Below, piece by piece: positions 48,173-57,702 of a DNA stretch of 64,000 nucleotides. Position numbers and translations under genes: made by a program. This DNA comes from a virus (lineage: Duplodnaviria; Caudoviricetes), in the IMG/VR virus record IMGVR_UViG_3300023263_000002, positions 36,946 to 100,945 of that record; one strand, given 5' to 3'. Each line of letters starts with the position of its first letter. Positions within the stretch are counted from its first letter, which is position 1. The notes beneath the pieces were generated by a model that worked only from the letters and a program-made list of their open reading frames with translations, was not told the origin of the DNA and did not search any database.

Positions 48173-49993
48173 TTACCTAACGCCAACTACCCTAAAGCCC
48201 GCAACAGATATCAACCTCTCCTTTTTATCTGCCGGACAGAAGCACATTACAAACCCGTCACCAAGGTTCGGTGACTTTGCTCCATCTGGTTGCTTCTTAA
48301 TCATCATCTTCAGCGTGGCACTCTTTGCCGCTACTGGCTGGCTGAGTTCTTTTACCAACCTGCCGAGTAATTTCGCTGGTAGAGTAGATGGAAGCGATAT
48401 CACCATATCAGGCGTCCACACGAAACCTTCTTCGTATATCGCTCGATATGTATTCTCAAACCTGCGTGCGACTATCCACCAAGCCTGTGCTTTGAAGTTT
48501 TGGAAGAAGTCCTTATTCCTAGGTGACTTCCTCATCGCTTCTGGCAGCAGATTATCTTCTGGTACTACTCGATCATTCGGATTAAGAACCTTTGCGCCAG
48601 CTGACCAAGGTGAGATTGTCCACTGCTTTGGTATCTTCCCCCTCTCACTTAGACGGTTTGTTTCAGACTTTATACCAGCACCAACCCCGATACAGTCATA
48701 CTCGAACTCTAGGAAGTCACCTTCTGGAACCAATGTCTTTGCATTGGATACTGCGCGTCTCCCTGAAAGGCCGGTATCCCTGTCTCCCCACTCATCGATA
48801 AACTTGAGGACACTTCCTTTCCGGATGAGTTGTGCGTTAAGGTCGACTCCCTCATCTGCGACGTCAAGACCGCTGGCCCATCCACCGCTATCATCAAACC
48901 CCAGTTTCTTATCAGCGTCGATTGCAGCCTTGACCCATTCGGGTAAGATGATAACACCTTCGACCGAGGCAGCACTGTCCCTGTCAATCTCTCTTGCGAA
49001 TACGTGACTGAGACCATCTGCCTTGGCTTTGGTTTTTCTCTGCAAATACCACTCTTGAGTCTTCTCAGGATGATCCGACCAATCCATAACAAAGACATTC
49101 GTCTTACCTTTGTAAACCGGATCATCTTGTCCCCATTCAATCCCGGAGTCGCGCTTGCGGTAGAAGATTGTATCCGTGCCACTAACTGAGGAGATATCAA
49201 TCTGGCAACGCGTATTATCCATAAGAGCAGCTTCGATCGATTCTGCCTTATCATAGTGGGCTGACTCGTCCTTGAAGTAAACAAGCGTTCTACCACCACG
49301 TCCGATCTGATCGCCGATTTCCCCGATGATTGAAGATCCATTCTCAGGGTTTGTAACACGCATGAAGTGGGCATTGCCATCGAACGTGAATCCTCGAGGT
49401 AAAAACACTTCTGGTAGATTGCGAATAAGGATTCTGATCTTCTCAAAGATAGAAGATGGGTCACCAATCCTATCTACGAGTTCCTGCTTCCTACTTCCCC
49501 AGCCTACTGCCGATCCATCCTTGTATAACCATAGCCAGACACTTATCGCGCAGCATATCCAAGTGGCACCCATGTCGCGTGATTTCTCTACAAGGCCATC
49601 GCATTCCTCTGCTAGACAGCGCAGGATAAAATCAACGAACTGCTCTTGCCTGTAGAACATGATGAAAGGCATCTTTGCTGGATTGCCTTTCGATATCATT
49701 CTAGGGTCATACGTCGTGCACCAATCATTGATAAAGTCCACTGCACCACGGAACCCAGACTTATAATGGTTCTTAGCAGCATCAACTAACTCAGGGTCTA
49801 ATGCCATTCTTTCTAACTGCTGCTGACGCCATGCCTTAACCAAATCATAGTTTGGTGGCCACTCATTCGACTTTAAGGTCGATGGTGCGGGAATACTCCT
49901 TAACCGGCTTCTTATCACGAGTATTCGCATCTTCTCGGCTATCTCCTCTTCCGAGGAGTTTACCGAATACACGCTGGAAGACATCGAGTTCAT
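48173..49993 (-). CDS. Terminase large subunit (true start may lie slightly inside this ORF)
   Basis: EKSRDMGATW (Walker A-like), GRGGR, YFKDE (Walker B), GLDVADEG.D, YDCIGVGAG, KSPNLGD. Confidence 0.92.
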   Translation of the reverse strand: MNSMSSSVYSVNSSEEEIAEKMRILVIRSRLRSIPAPSTLKSNEWPPNYDLVKAWRQQQLERMALDPELVDAAKNHYKSGFRGAVDFINDWCTTYDPRMISKGNPAKMPFIMFYRQEQFVDFILRCLAEECDGLVEKSRDMGATWICCAISVWLWLYKDGSAVGWGSRKQELVDRIGDPSSIFEKIRILIRNLPEVFLPRGFTFDGNAHFMRVTNPENGSSIIGEIGDQIGRGGRTLVYFKDESAHYDKAESIEAALMDNTRCQIDISSVSGTDTIFYRKRDSGIEWGQDDPVYKGKTNVFVMDWSDHPEKTQEWYLQRKTKAKADGLSHVFAREIDRDSAASVEGVIILPEWVKAAIDADKKLGFDDSGGWASGLDVADEGVDLNAQLIRKGSVLKFIDEWGDRDTGLSGRRAVSNAKTLVPEGDFLEFEYDCIGVGAGIKSETNRLSERGKIPKQWTISPWSAGAKVLNPNDRVVPEDNLLPEAMRKSPRNKDFFQNFKAQAWWIVARRFENTYRAIYEEGFVWTPDMVISLPSTLPAKLLGRLVKELSQPVAAKSATLKMMIKKQPDGAKSPNLGDGFVMCFCPADKKERLISVAGFRVVGVR

Positions 49994-50336
49994 CTGGCGT
50001 CAAGCTCTCTAGTGCTTCTTCATTAAACACCATCTGTTGTCTTGGTGTCGTATCTGTATCATCCTTAACTGCTAAGGATCCCAACTTCGGAACGAAATAC
50101 TGTGCGCAAGCCTTCGCACAATCTATCCGTTCTTCTATTGTAGGGCGATGACCGCGAGGTGTACCATCTTCTATCACTTCCCCTCTGCTAATCCTCAACA
50201 AGAATAGGTGTGGCATCTCACCTGTTTGAAACGCATGTTCCCTTGCCGCCTTAGCAGTCCACTTAACCAAAGGGGAAGTAGTTGATACTAAACCTGGTTC
50301 CTTTGGTACATCTTCTTTCAACCTGACGCGCTTCAT
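49863..50336 (-). CDS. Terminase small subunit (putative)
   Basis: Immediately upstream of TerL; ERIDCAKACAQYFVPKL. Confidence 0.65.
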   Translation of the reverse strand: MKRVRLKEDVPKEPGLVSTTSPLVKWTAKAAREHAFQTGEMPHLFLLRISRGEVIEDGTPRGHRPTIEERIDCAKACAQYFVPKLGSLAVKDDTDTTPRQQMVFNEEALESLTPDELDVFQRVFGKLLGRGDSREDANTRDKKPVKEYSRTIDLKVE

Positions 50337-50478
50337 ATACTTAACCTTCTTTCTATTACTTACTGCTTTTGCTCTGATTCCATCTTCTTCTGTAGTAGCG
50401 TCAAGTATAACATCAATCTACATCATACTTGCCGCTACAGGTTTTTGTCGTTTTAGTATTCAACTAATTCTTTTTGTT

Positions 50479-50601
50479 CTACTTAATCAACTCGAGGATA
50501 CTAGCGAACGCTGTACCCAGATCGAGATATCTGATCACTGCGTATATCAGAGCCATTACCCCAGCTATTCCGCAGAACAACAATACTTCTTTGTATTCCA
50601 T
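50479..50601 (-). CDS. 40 aa membrane peptide
   Basis: Manual translation MEYKEVLLFCGIAGVMALIYAVIRYLDLGTAFASILELIK; TAATG overlap. Confidence 0.5.
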   Translation of the reverse strand: MEYKEVLLFCGIAGVMALIYAVIRYLDLGTAFASILELIK

Positions 50602-51188
50602 TATCTGCTCCTTCGCGCGTTCATCTTCTCTTTTACGAACTCTGCCCGACGCTGCGGAGTTGTATTCTCTATCGTCTCATACTTCGCGCCATACTCAGTT
50701 AACAAGCCGAGCATGATCGATTGTGTTGCGATCCGGTACGCTTTGTTGTTCTGCCGGAAGCCGTCATCAACTACTTTTCCCCAATCGTATATCGGGAAGA
50801 AGAAAAGCAGATCATACTTGCTCGTGTATGACCAGCATTCTGTTTGGATCCATTCGAGATCATCATCGCTGATGAAGTTACCGCATCGATACAACGCGTA
50901 AGCTGCATGGTCTATCGGCGTCCTATCGAAGAGTCCTGTAGTAGCGATTGTATCGTATTCAAACTTCGCTTTCAATATCATCTTCTGCAGGTGCCAGGCA
51001 TCAGTATCGTTCATCTTCAACTGATCGAGCTCGCCTCTGTAGCCAAGCTTGGTGAACACATCACGAACGATGGATGGCCGGAACTGTTCTGGTATCGTGA
51101 TATCTGCTGCGAGGATGTTGGCAACCGAACTCTTTCCAGTACAGCCCGCACCAACAAAACCTATCTTCAACTTATCTACGCCCTTCAT
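50601..51188 (-). CDS. P-loop nucleotide kinase (AAA_28/dNMP kinase-like)
   Basis: GAGCTGKS, FDRTPID, DDGFR. Confidence 0.75.
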   Translation of the reverse strand: MKGVDKLKIGFVGAGCTGKSSVANILAADITIPEQFRPSIVRDVFTKLGYRGELDQLKMNDTDAWHLQKMILKAKFEYDTIATTGLFDRTPIDHAAYALYRCGNFISDDDLEWIQTECWSYTSKYDLLFFFPIYDWGKVVDDGFRQNNKAYRIATQSIMLGLLTEYGAKYETIENTTPQRRAEFVKEKMNARRSR

Positions 51189-51224
51189 TATTGCTATTCC
51201 TTTCCTTGGGAATGTTGTAGTTGT

Positions 51225-51704
51225 CTACTCTTGAATCAGTCTGGCCACCTGAGGACCTGGATCCTGATTCTGATATCTTCCAACATACGGCTGCTCTGTA
51301 TCCTCAAGCAGTAGATGGAAGACGATCTGCGCGATTGGTGTTCCGCGCGTAAGACTGATAACCTCGTCGCCGATGTTGCTCAGCTCTAACGTCAAGTAAC
51401 CGCACCAACCAGGCTCGATCACTGTATTCTGAACAACCAATCCTCGACGGGCCCACGATGATTTATCGCAGACCTTGCCGAGTAGATTCTTTGGCATTAT
51501 GAATCGCTCTACTGTAGATGCCAGCGCGAACGATCCCCGATAGGATGTCGGGCTGATTGTGACATCCTGATCGATTCGAACATCATATCCTGCGGGCGAG
51601 AGCCCGAAGGTCATACCTTCAAATGCTTGCTGCTCGTTGAATGGAGACACAAGCGATTCTTCTTGCAGGCACAATTTCCTGATATGCTGAGCCGGGAGAA
51701 TCAT
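51225..51704 (-). CDS. dcd: dCTP deaminase
   Basis: GLSPAGYDVR, KSSWARRG, IEPGWCGYLTLE, YxGRYQNQ. Confidence 0.9.
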   Translation of the reverse strand: MILPAQHIRKLCLQEESLVSPFNEQQAFEGMTFGLSPAGYDVRIDQDVTISPTSYRGSFALASTVERFIMPKNLLGKVCDKSSWARRGLVVQNTVIEPGWCGYLTLELSNIGDEVISLTRGTPIAQIVFHLLLEDTEQPYVGRYQNQDPGPQVARLIQE

Positions 51705-51707
51705 ACG

Positions 51708-52625
51708 TCATTCCTCGGATTGAACTACTTCGTCACTTCCACTCACACTGTCAGTTCTACTTCTATAACTAGAAACTTCGCTGACAGCCTCTTCGCTGTA
51801 TAGTTTTCTATGTTGAACCCACCCATGGAAGTTACCCCACAAGTAGCGTTCCTTTTCTAACGGATCGGGAGTGGCCTGATGCTCAAGTGGTGATGCGTGT
51901 AGAGGTCTCGCAGCCACCAACCGTTTACCCAGTGTGTAGTCTTCTTCGCAGGAGAATACGTTATGTTCGAATAAGGTGTACGATGTACGCGCACATCGCG
52001 CGACTGATATCAGCTGCAACTTCTTTCTAGAAGTCTCGGGATTCAACGTCACGAACGGGTCTGCCATATCTACGCTTGTGATGAATGGAAGGTGCCATTC
52101 ATCTTTTCCCTTCAGCTTCGGAAGGCTTTCGGTGTACCAATACTGCATCTTTCTTGCAAGATCATCAACCTCCGGCATCGCATCAGAGTGCGCACGAAGA
52201 TGGAAGAAGTTTTTCCACTGCGTCGAGGTAACAAGAACGGTGATGTGCGAATGCGTTTCGAGTAGACGATTTGCCAACTGCTTATGCAGTCCCAGCTTGT
52301 TAAGCGTCCAAACGATTCCAACACTATGCCATCTGTGAATATTCCACAGCATCTTTGCGCATCTTAACCGCCAACCGTCCAGCTGCCGCTTCGCCTGCAT
52401 CCCCTTCTGATTCTTACCCCAATGTATCGGAAGGGCAGGAGTATCTAAAACAGAGTGTAACATCTTCGTAATCGGGATCGCGCGACTAGATGCACTATTC
52501 CTCGAAAAGACTCGATGTGTTAACACCTCCGCATGAATGAATCTCGGATACGTCAACAAAAAAGTAGTGATCCGAACATCTGTTTCGGAAATGCTATCTG
52601 CGATAATTTCAACTTGTATCGTCAT
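51708..52625 (-). CDS. thyX: Flavin-dependent thymidylate synthase
   Basis: PRFIHAEVLTHRVFSRNSASSRAIP, HKQLANRLLE, NFFHLR, HASPLEHQA. Confidence 0.85.
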   Translation of the reverse strand: MTIQVEIIADSISETDVRITTFLLTYPRFIHAEVLTHRVFSRNSASSRAIPITKMLHSVLDTPALPIHWGKNQKGMQAKRQLDGWRLRCAKMLWNIHRWHSVGIVWTLNKLGLHKQLANRLLETHSHITVLVTSTQWKNFFHLRAHSDAMPEVDDLARKMQYWYTESLPKLKGKDEWHLPFITSVDMADPFVTLNPETSRKKLQLISVARCARTSYTLFEHNVFSCEEDYTLGKRLVAARPLHASPLEHQATPDPLEKERYLWGNFHGWVQHRKLYSEEAVSEVSSYRSRTDSVSGSDEVVQSEE

Positions 52626-53478
52626 GTGTTTTTTGCCATTGCTTGATTGCGTTGATGAATAGCATTCGCTTGATGTACGACCAAGCTTTGCCTGATTCGA
52701 ATTCTTCCATCGACCATTGATGGTACGCGAGATCATTCAGTACTGCGATAACTTCTTCTTCAGTTCCCAATCTAGGATGCTCGATGTTCGATAAACTACT
52801 ACTCGAGAACCCTACTGAGACGGCATCACCTAGAATTATTGATGGCACACCTTCAAGTGCTGCCCAGAGTGCTACGCTTGACCCTACAGTGATCAGAGCA
52901 TGAGCACCTTTTAAATCTTCTTGGATCGTCCTCCCGTCTTCAGATTGTATCGTTCCTGGCACCGTTCCTTTCTCGTTTAGGTTTGGTTTGCAGCGATATA
53001 GAATCGGCCGATCGGTATACAGCCTCAACTCTTCTACAAGCTGGGCGGCGTGCTCTTCTGGTGGCGGAAGGTTTCTCCACTTATGCTCTTTCGGGCTCGA
53101 GGACGCGATAACGATATGATTTCCTTCTGTCCGCCAAGGCTTGGGTTCCCAGTTGAACAGCCTGCGCCGGTCATGCTTAAAACCGTACAGGCCTAATGAC
53201 GTACCAGGCTCGCATCCGTTGAAGGCAATTCTCTTCCAATCACGAGTACGCGTGTAACCTTTGTCAAAATACAATAACGGAATCTCATTCGCTTGTGCGT
53301 AGTCGAAAATCTCCCTCCGCTTTACAGCCAACACAGCAATCGCATCAGCTGGATTGTTAAAGTCACCGCCGATGGCATGCTCGTCTAATGTGTCGCCATG
53401 CACCAGCATACCAGTACGAAAGATGCCAGCGATGAGCCGGCATCCCTCCTTCGCGCTTCTGTAGAAAGCGAGCCGCAT
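52609..53478 (-). CDS. KpsS/KpsC-like GT-B glycosyltransferase, paralogue 4
   Basis: YFDKGY, YRCKP, ITVGSS..AALEGVP, LNDLAYHQWS..E..SG.AW; most similar to 36688-37581. Confidence 0.7.
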   Translation of the reverse strand: MRLAFYRSAKEGCRLIAGIFRTGMLVHGDTLDEHAIGGDFNNPADAIAVLAVKRREIFDYAQANEIPLLYFDKGYTRTRDWKRIAFNGCEPGTSLGLYGFKHDRRRLFNWEPKPWRTEGNHIVIASSSPKEHKWRNLPPPEEHAAQLVEELRLYTDRPILYRCKPNLNEKGTVPGTIQSEDGRTIQEDLKGAHALITVGSSVALWAALEGVPSIILGDAVSVGFSSSSLSNIEHPRLGTEEEVIAVLNDLAYHQWSMEEFESGKAWSYIKRMLFINAIKQWQKTHDDTS

Positions 53479-53480
53479 GA

Positions 53481-53645
53481 TTATGAAGTCGGCCAGGTCG
53501 CTGCAAGGATCTTACGCTTGCGGCGGAAGATGTTGCGAATCAACGCCTGCCGAGTTGCGCCGGTCGTCGAGTTCGGGATCAAGGCGATGAGCTCCTGGGT
53601 TTCACCGTGGAAGATCATCGAGCGGATACGAGCATTCAGAAACAT
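53481..53645 (-). CDS. 54 aa basic protein
   Basis: Manual translation MFLNARIRSMIFHGETQELI...; GAGGAG RBS. Confidence 0.6.
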   Translation of the reverse strand: MFLNARIRSMIFHGETQELIALIPNSTTGATRQALIRNIFRRKRKILAATWPTS

Positions 53646-53682
53646 CTACTTCTCCTCTTCAGTTACTTACTTGGTTTAGTAG

Positions 53683-54048
53683 TTAGATCCCTTCAAATAA
53701 AAGGGATACCCGACTAAAACTTGCAACGTCTTCCGCTGTAGGCCAGTAGAAACGCATTGGAGGAAAATAAATTACGTCACTCCCTGAGGGCAACACGATA
53801 CTGTCAGAAATGTTTGACAGCACACCTTGGCTTGGATCTGTCTTGGCTGCCTCCAGGTTACTGCCGTACAACTTGCACAGAATTCCAGAAGCCGATAGAG
53901 CGTGTACCGAAACAAGATCGGCGTCTATCGCTTCGAACGGATCACCGATGTAAACATCAGTAGCATTTTGAGGATCGAGAATCCATTCAACAGTAAACCG
54001 ACGCGCCCCAAACTTGTACAGTGTGTACGGCACAGAAATAGTCGTCAT
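53683..54048 (-). CDS. Hypothetical beta-rich protein
   Basis: AGGAGG RBS before MTTISV. Confidence 0.6.
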   Translation of the reverse strand: MTTISVPYTLYKFGARRFTVEWILDPQNATDVYIGDPFEAIDADLVSVHALSASGILCKLYGSNLEAAKTDPSQGVLSNISDSIVLPSGSDVIYFPPMRFYWPTAEDVASFSRVSLLFEGI

Positions 54049-54055
54049 TCGCCAG

Positions 54056-54721
54056 CTACCTCCTAGTAAAAACAAACCGACGACGCTTGCTAGACCTCGA
54101 CGGCAGTTCACGTTCAACTGTAAAACCGTGTGCCCTAAACGTGTCAACTCCTTTCGTCCTAGTTCGTATATCAGTGATGATGCAACCTCCAGGATTCAAA
54201 CATCTAGAAGCTGTATCAATATACATATCAACAGGAAAGTGATGTCCCCACGCTTGTGTAGAAATTATCATATCTACAGATACGTCAATACTCGGATCAG
54301 CTAGATGTCCGAATACAGTTACACCTTCCGGAACGTTTTCCTGTACAATAGTTCTCCCAAGTTCAACTGAGTACCAGGCAACAGCATCTTTGGAGAAGCT
54401 ATTCAACTTCTTTGCAGAACCATCACCATCCATCAGATGAATTTCTGTGATACCCCCAAGCCCCGCTAGGAAAATATCAATCACACCTAACCCCGAACCA
54501 ATGTCAAGAACTGCTTTGGGGTTAAACTTCTGTAGGACCGGTACCAGAGATAAATACCGATTGTAAATATGTCTAACGTGTTCTTGTATCTCTGAAGCGC
54601 GTACCTGCGGAACTGCGGGGAAGGTGATAGCGCCAGCTTCGAGATGATCAACAACAATTTGAGACACCACAACCCCCCTTACCAGACAAACAGATAGTCG
54701 TTCTTCTGCCGCCATATACAT
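54056..54721 (-). CDS. Class I SAM methyltransferase, family M1
   Basis: LDIGSG, HLMDGDG, IISTQAWGHHF. Confidence 0.8.
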   Translation of the reverse strand: MYMAAEERLSVCLVRGVVVSQIVVDHLEAGAITFPAVPQVRASEIQEHVRHIYNRYLSLVPVLQKFNPKAVLDIGSGLGVIDIFLAGLGGITEIHLMDGDGSAKKLNSFSKDAVAWYSVELGRTIVQENVPEGVTVFGHLADPSIDVSVDMIISTQAWGHHFPVDMYIDTASRCLNPGGCIITDIRTRTKGVDTFRAHGFTVERELPSRSSKRRRFVFTRR

Positions 54722-55314
54722 CTCATACCCAACTTCCTAAGAAACCTTGTTGCCTCCTTTCTGGAATTCAACTTCTCTTCGATGAGCACTACAGACTTGT
54801 TTTTAACAATCGTCTTCTGTGCTCCCTGCAACGCTGGCAACTCATTCCCCTCAACATCAAGCTTTAGGAAATCGACAGACCAGTCGAAACTATCTAGGCT
54901 GTGCATATGAGCTGTAACAGACGGGGTCTTTGGATCATCTACCAATGGAATGCGATACCCATACGCCTTGCCAAGATCGGTCATCTGCACTTCGCCGTCC
55001 TTGTCGCTTAGCCCGCCTCCCACCAAAACGACATTTTCAAGCTTGTCAACATTCTTCACCAAGCATACGAAATTATCTGTTATTGGCTCGAACGCCACCA
55101 CCTTAGAAAAATGCCGAGCTAGGTGTTGTGTCCAAATACCAACGTATGCTCCCCCATCAATTGCAAGGCCACGACTCCGCTGAGGTAGATGCTTCAATAC
55201 CGCAGCGATATGTTCCTCGCAGTGCTTAGATAAGCCCTCAGGTGTAGTATCCCTGAAGTACGGTTTCCCGTAGCATCCGTCAGGAACCCAAAACCCCGAT
55301 GGCAGCTTTTCCAT
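54679..55314 (-). CDS. FkbM-family methyltransferase
   Basis: IDGGAYVGIW, AFEP, KLDVEGNE..ALQGA. Confidence 0.88.
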   Translation of the reverse strand: MEKLPSGFWVPDGCYGKPYFRDTTPEGLSKHCEEHIAAVLKHLPQRSRGLAIDGGAYVGIWTQHLARHFSKVVAFEPITDNFVCLVKNVDKLENVVLVGGGLSDKDGEVQMTDLGKAYGYRIPLVDDPKTPSVTAHMHSLDSFDWSVDFLKLDVEGNELPALQGAQKTIVKNKSVVLIEEKLNSRKEATRFLRKLGMRCIWRQKNDYLFVW

Positions 55315-55319
55315 ACCTT

Positions 55320-55844
55320 TTACACCTTTTTGAGAAATACCCTCAACGACTTCTTCCCTGCGTTCATCTCCGCGACCTTCCAAGGCTGGGCTTTGAGTTG
55401 CTCTATCCACCAAAACGCCGACTTGATGGTGATGTGTGCGTTGGTACCGTCGGGGAGGTCTCGCTTGGCTTTCGTAAGCGCGATGGCGAAATACGCTCCA
55501 CGCTCTGTCAACGTGCAGATGTGCTCCAACACGTTAGCGACGTACTGCTCTTCGACGTGTTCCATCACATCAGTGCAGACAACGAAGTGGGCCGAGTCTG
55601 GCAGCAGGTCATACTCCGGCACACATGGATCGTAGCAGTAGACGGTGATCTCTGGATTGACCTCCGCCAGGTGTTCTTTTATCGTCGCCCTGCCGCAGCC
55701 ATAATCAAGAAGGGTTTGGCAGCCCAGCCTTTTGACGTGTGGATAGAAATCGTCGATGTACCGATAGCCCTTTGTCCCCCAGGGCTTCTCCTTGTGCATC
55801 TCTTCACACAGCTGACGGTAGGCCTGCGAGTACAACGTCTTCAT
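55320..55844 (-). CDS. Class I SAM methyltransferase, family M2
   Basis: LDYGCG, CYDP, VCTDVMEH, DGTNAHIT..WW. Confidence 0.85.
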   Translation of the reverse strand: MKTLYSQAYRQLCEEMHKEKPWGTKGYRYIDDFYPHVKRLGCQTLLDYGCGRATIKEHLAEVNPEITVYCYDPCVPEYDLLPDSAHFVVCTDVMEHVEEQYVANVLEHICTLTERGAYFAIALTKAKRDLPDGTNAHITIKSAFWWIEQLKAQPWKVAEMNAGKKSLRVFLKKV

Positions 55845-55846
55845 AA

Positions 55847-56455
55847 CTAGCTCCGTTGGAAAACGTGTTGACGACTCTGACGATCGACAAGTTTAAAACC
55901 AGCAGCTACAACCTCGCCAACCTGCTCCTGTAGAAATTTCTCATCACCTGGACGCAAGGTCATAACAACTAAACCACCGGGTTCCAATGAGTGCCAAGCA
56001 AGCGGCAGGTAAGTAGACACCGGATAATGGGTTCCCCAGGATTTGAAAGAAACAATAACGTCTACTGGAATTATGCGATTCGGATCTGCGTAATACGCGC
56101 TAACCAAACAACCGAGCGGGACGTTGGCTGCAGCCATCTTACGAGCTAGCTCAACGTCATTCCACGGGAGAGCATCTTCACGGTAATCGTGATAGATTTC
56201 GCTCGACCCATCGCCGTCCATCAAATGCAAATCAGTCAAATCGAACTGCTGCGCAAGAATAATTGATGCTATTCCAAGTCCACAGCCGATATCAAGAAGT
56301 GTCCTTGGCTCGTGCTCCTGAAATATCGATACTAGCGTATCCGCCTGTTTGCGTGCTCTGTTGATTTGCAGCGCACATGCAGTATCAATATCGTGTACTT
56401 TGGTACGCTGCAGATACGCAACAACCTCGCTGGGGAATTCCACGGATAGCCTCAC
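55847..56455 (-). CDS. Class I SAM methyltransferase, family M1
   Basis: LDIGCG, HLMDGDG, IVSFKSWGTHY. Confidence 0.8.
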   Translation of the reverse strand: MRLSVEFPSEVVAYLQRTKVHDIDTACALQINRARKQADTLVSIFQEHEPRTLLDIGCGLGIASIILAQQFDLTDLHLMDGDGSSEIYHDYREDALPWNDVELARKMAAANVPLGCLVSAYYADPNRIIPVDVIVSFKSWGTHYPVSTYLPLAWHSLEPGGLVVMTLRPGDEKFLQEQVGEVVAAGFKLVDRQSRQHVFQRS

Positions 56456-56458
56456 TAC

Positions 56459-57292
56459 CTAGAAGTTTGCAGCCTGTACGTGCATCCAATCGTAGTTGCG
56501 TTCGCGGCCAAGCGATACCCAACCTTCGTCTTCCCAGAACTCCCAGAACTTCACACACGACGGCAGGGCGAGTCGCGCGCGATCTCGACCCCACCTAAGC
56601 TGATTACGCAAGGGATCAAAGTCAATCGCGATCCCCCAGTTGTGCATTGACGCTGTTTTCAAACTGCCGCGCTTGAACCTGGGAGGATTGGCGAGGCAGC
56701 CGCCGAACATGTTCATCCCGAGACGATCAATCTCCTTCTTCCCGTAATGCATCAAGATCTTCTCGAGAACGCGATGCGCAGACTCAGAGCATCTTTTGTT
56801 TATCGCAATCCGGTTAACCTCTACAAGAGGGTCCCAGGCAATCTTCATCGGGTAGGGCAGGTCCATGTTCACGAGACCTGTACCAGGCTGCCCGTAAAAC
56901 TTTTCAACATCACGCTCGCGCGGCCAGGACGATATCTTTATCGCAGCCTTGGCAGCAGCCTTGGTTGGCTCAGTATCGCGGATAATGTTCTGCCACTGCT
57001 CAAGCGCGTTCATGGTCATCGGACCGACCAGCCCGTCGATATCTCCGGGGTTGGCGCCAGCGTCTGCAAACATCAACTGTTGTACTGCAATCACCTTTCG
57101 CGGAAGCGGCCAGCCCTTGTCCTGGTCTTCTTTGACCTTCCTAGTAGCCAGGAAGCGAGTGATGTCGTTACCAAATTCAATGCTATTCGTGATTGAGTAG
57201 TTTACGCCCTGACTCAACAGATAACGTTCGAGCTCTTTCACGCCAACCAGGAGCTTGTAGTTAGCTTCTGATTTATACTTAACATCGGCCAT
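56459..57292 (-). CDS. Endolysin: peptidoglycan-binding domain plus M15 Zn peptidase
   Basis: GDIDGLVGPMT; SMHNWGIAIDFD; DWMHVQ. Confidence 0.88.
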   Translation of the reverse strand: MADVKYKSEANYKLLVGVKELERYLLSQGVNYSITNSIEFGNDITRFLATRKVKEDQDKGWPLPRKVIAVQQLMFADAGANPGDIDGLVGPMTMNALEQWQNIIRDTEPTKAAAKAAIKISSWPRERDVEKFYGQPGTGLVNMDLPYPMKIAWDPLVEVNRIAINKRCSESAHRVLEKILMHYGKKEIDRLGMNMFGGCLANPPRFKRGSLKTASMHNWGIAIDFDPLRNQLRWGRDRARLALPSCVKFWEFWEDEGWVSLGRERNYDWMHVQAANF

Positions 57293-57355
57293 GAGAGTCT
57301 CCTATTGGTACAAGAGTTGGGTGGCCCGGATCAAACCGAGCCACCCACGTTTATG

Positions 57356-57700
57356 TTACGCGAGCGGAGGCTCCGGATCCGCAGGCGTGTTGGCCGTAAT
57401 GGCGGCGGCGAGAGCAGCATTGCTCGCATCCAGCTCGCCGACGATGCGCGTGATCTCGGCCTCGTTGGCAGCATTGGCACGGATCGCATCCGTGACACGC
57501 TGAAGCAGCAGGATGGCCGACTGAGCAACGTCCTTGGTCTCGGTGACCTCGGCGAGCAGGGCGTCGAAGTTAAGCTTTTTCATGATCTCACTAACTCCTA
57601 GTAGGTTAAGTGCCTCTTCGATCCGATCCAGCCGGCACCCTAACTCCGGATCGGTATGCACATGAATATGGATGTCCATTCGCGAGTCTTTCTTCGCCAT
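57356..57700 (-). CDS. Hypothetical coiled-coil protein
   Basis: IHIHVH motif, Ala-rich helix; GGAGG RBS. Confidence 0.65.
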   Translation of the reverse strand: MAKKDSRMDIHIHVHTDPELGCRLDRIEEALNLLGVSEIMKKLNFDALLAEVTETKDVAQSAILLLQRVTDAIRANAANEAEITRIVGELDASNAALAAAITANTPADPEPPLA

Positions 57701-57702
57701 CT

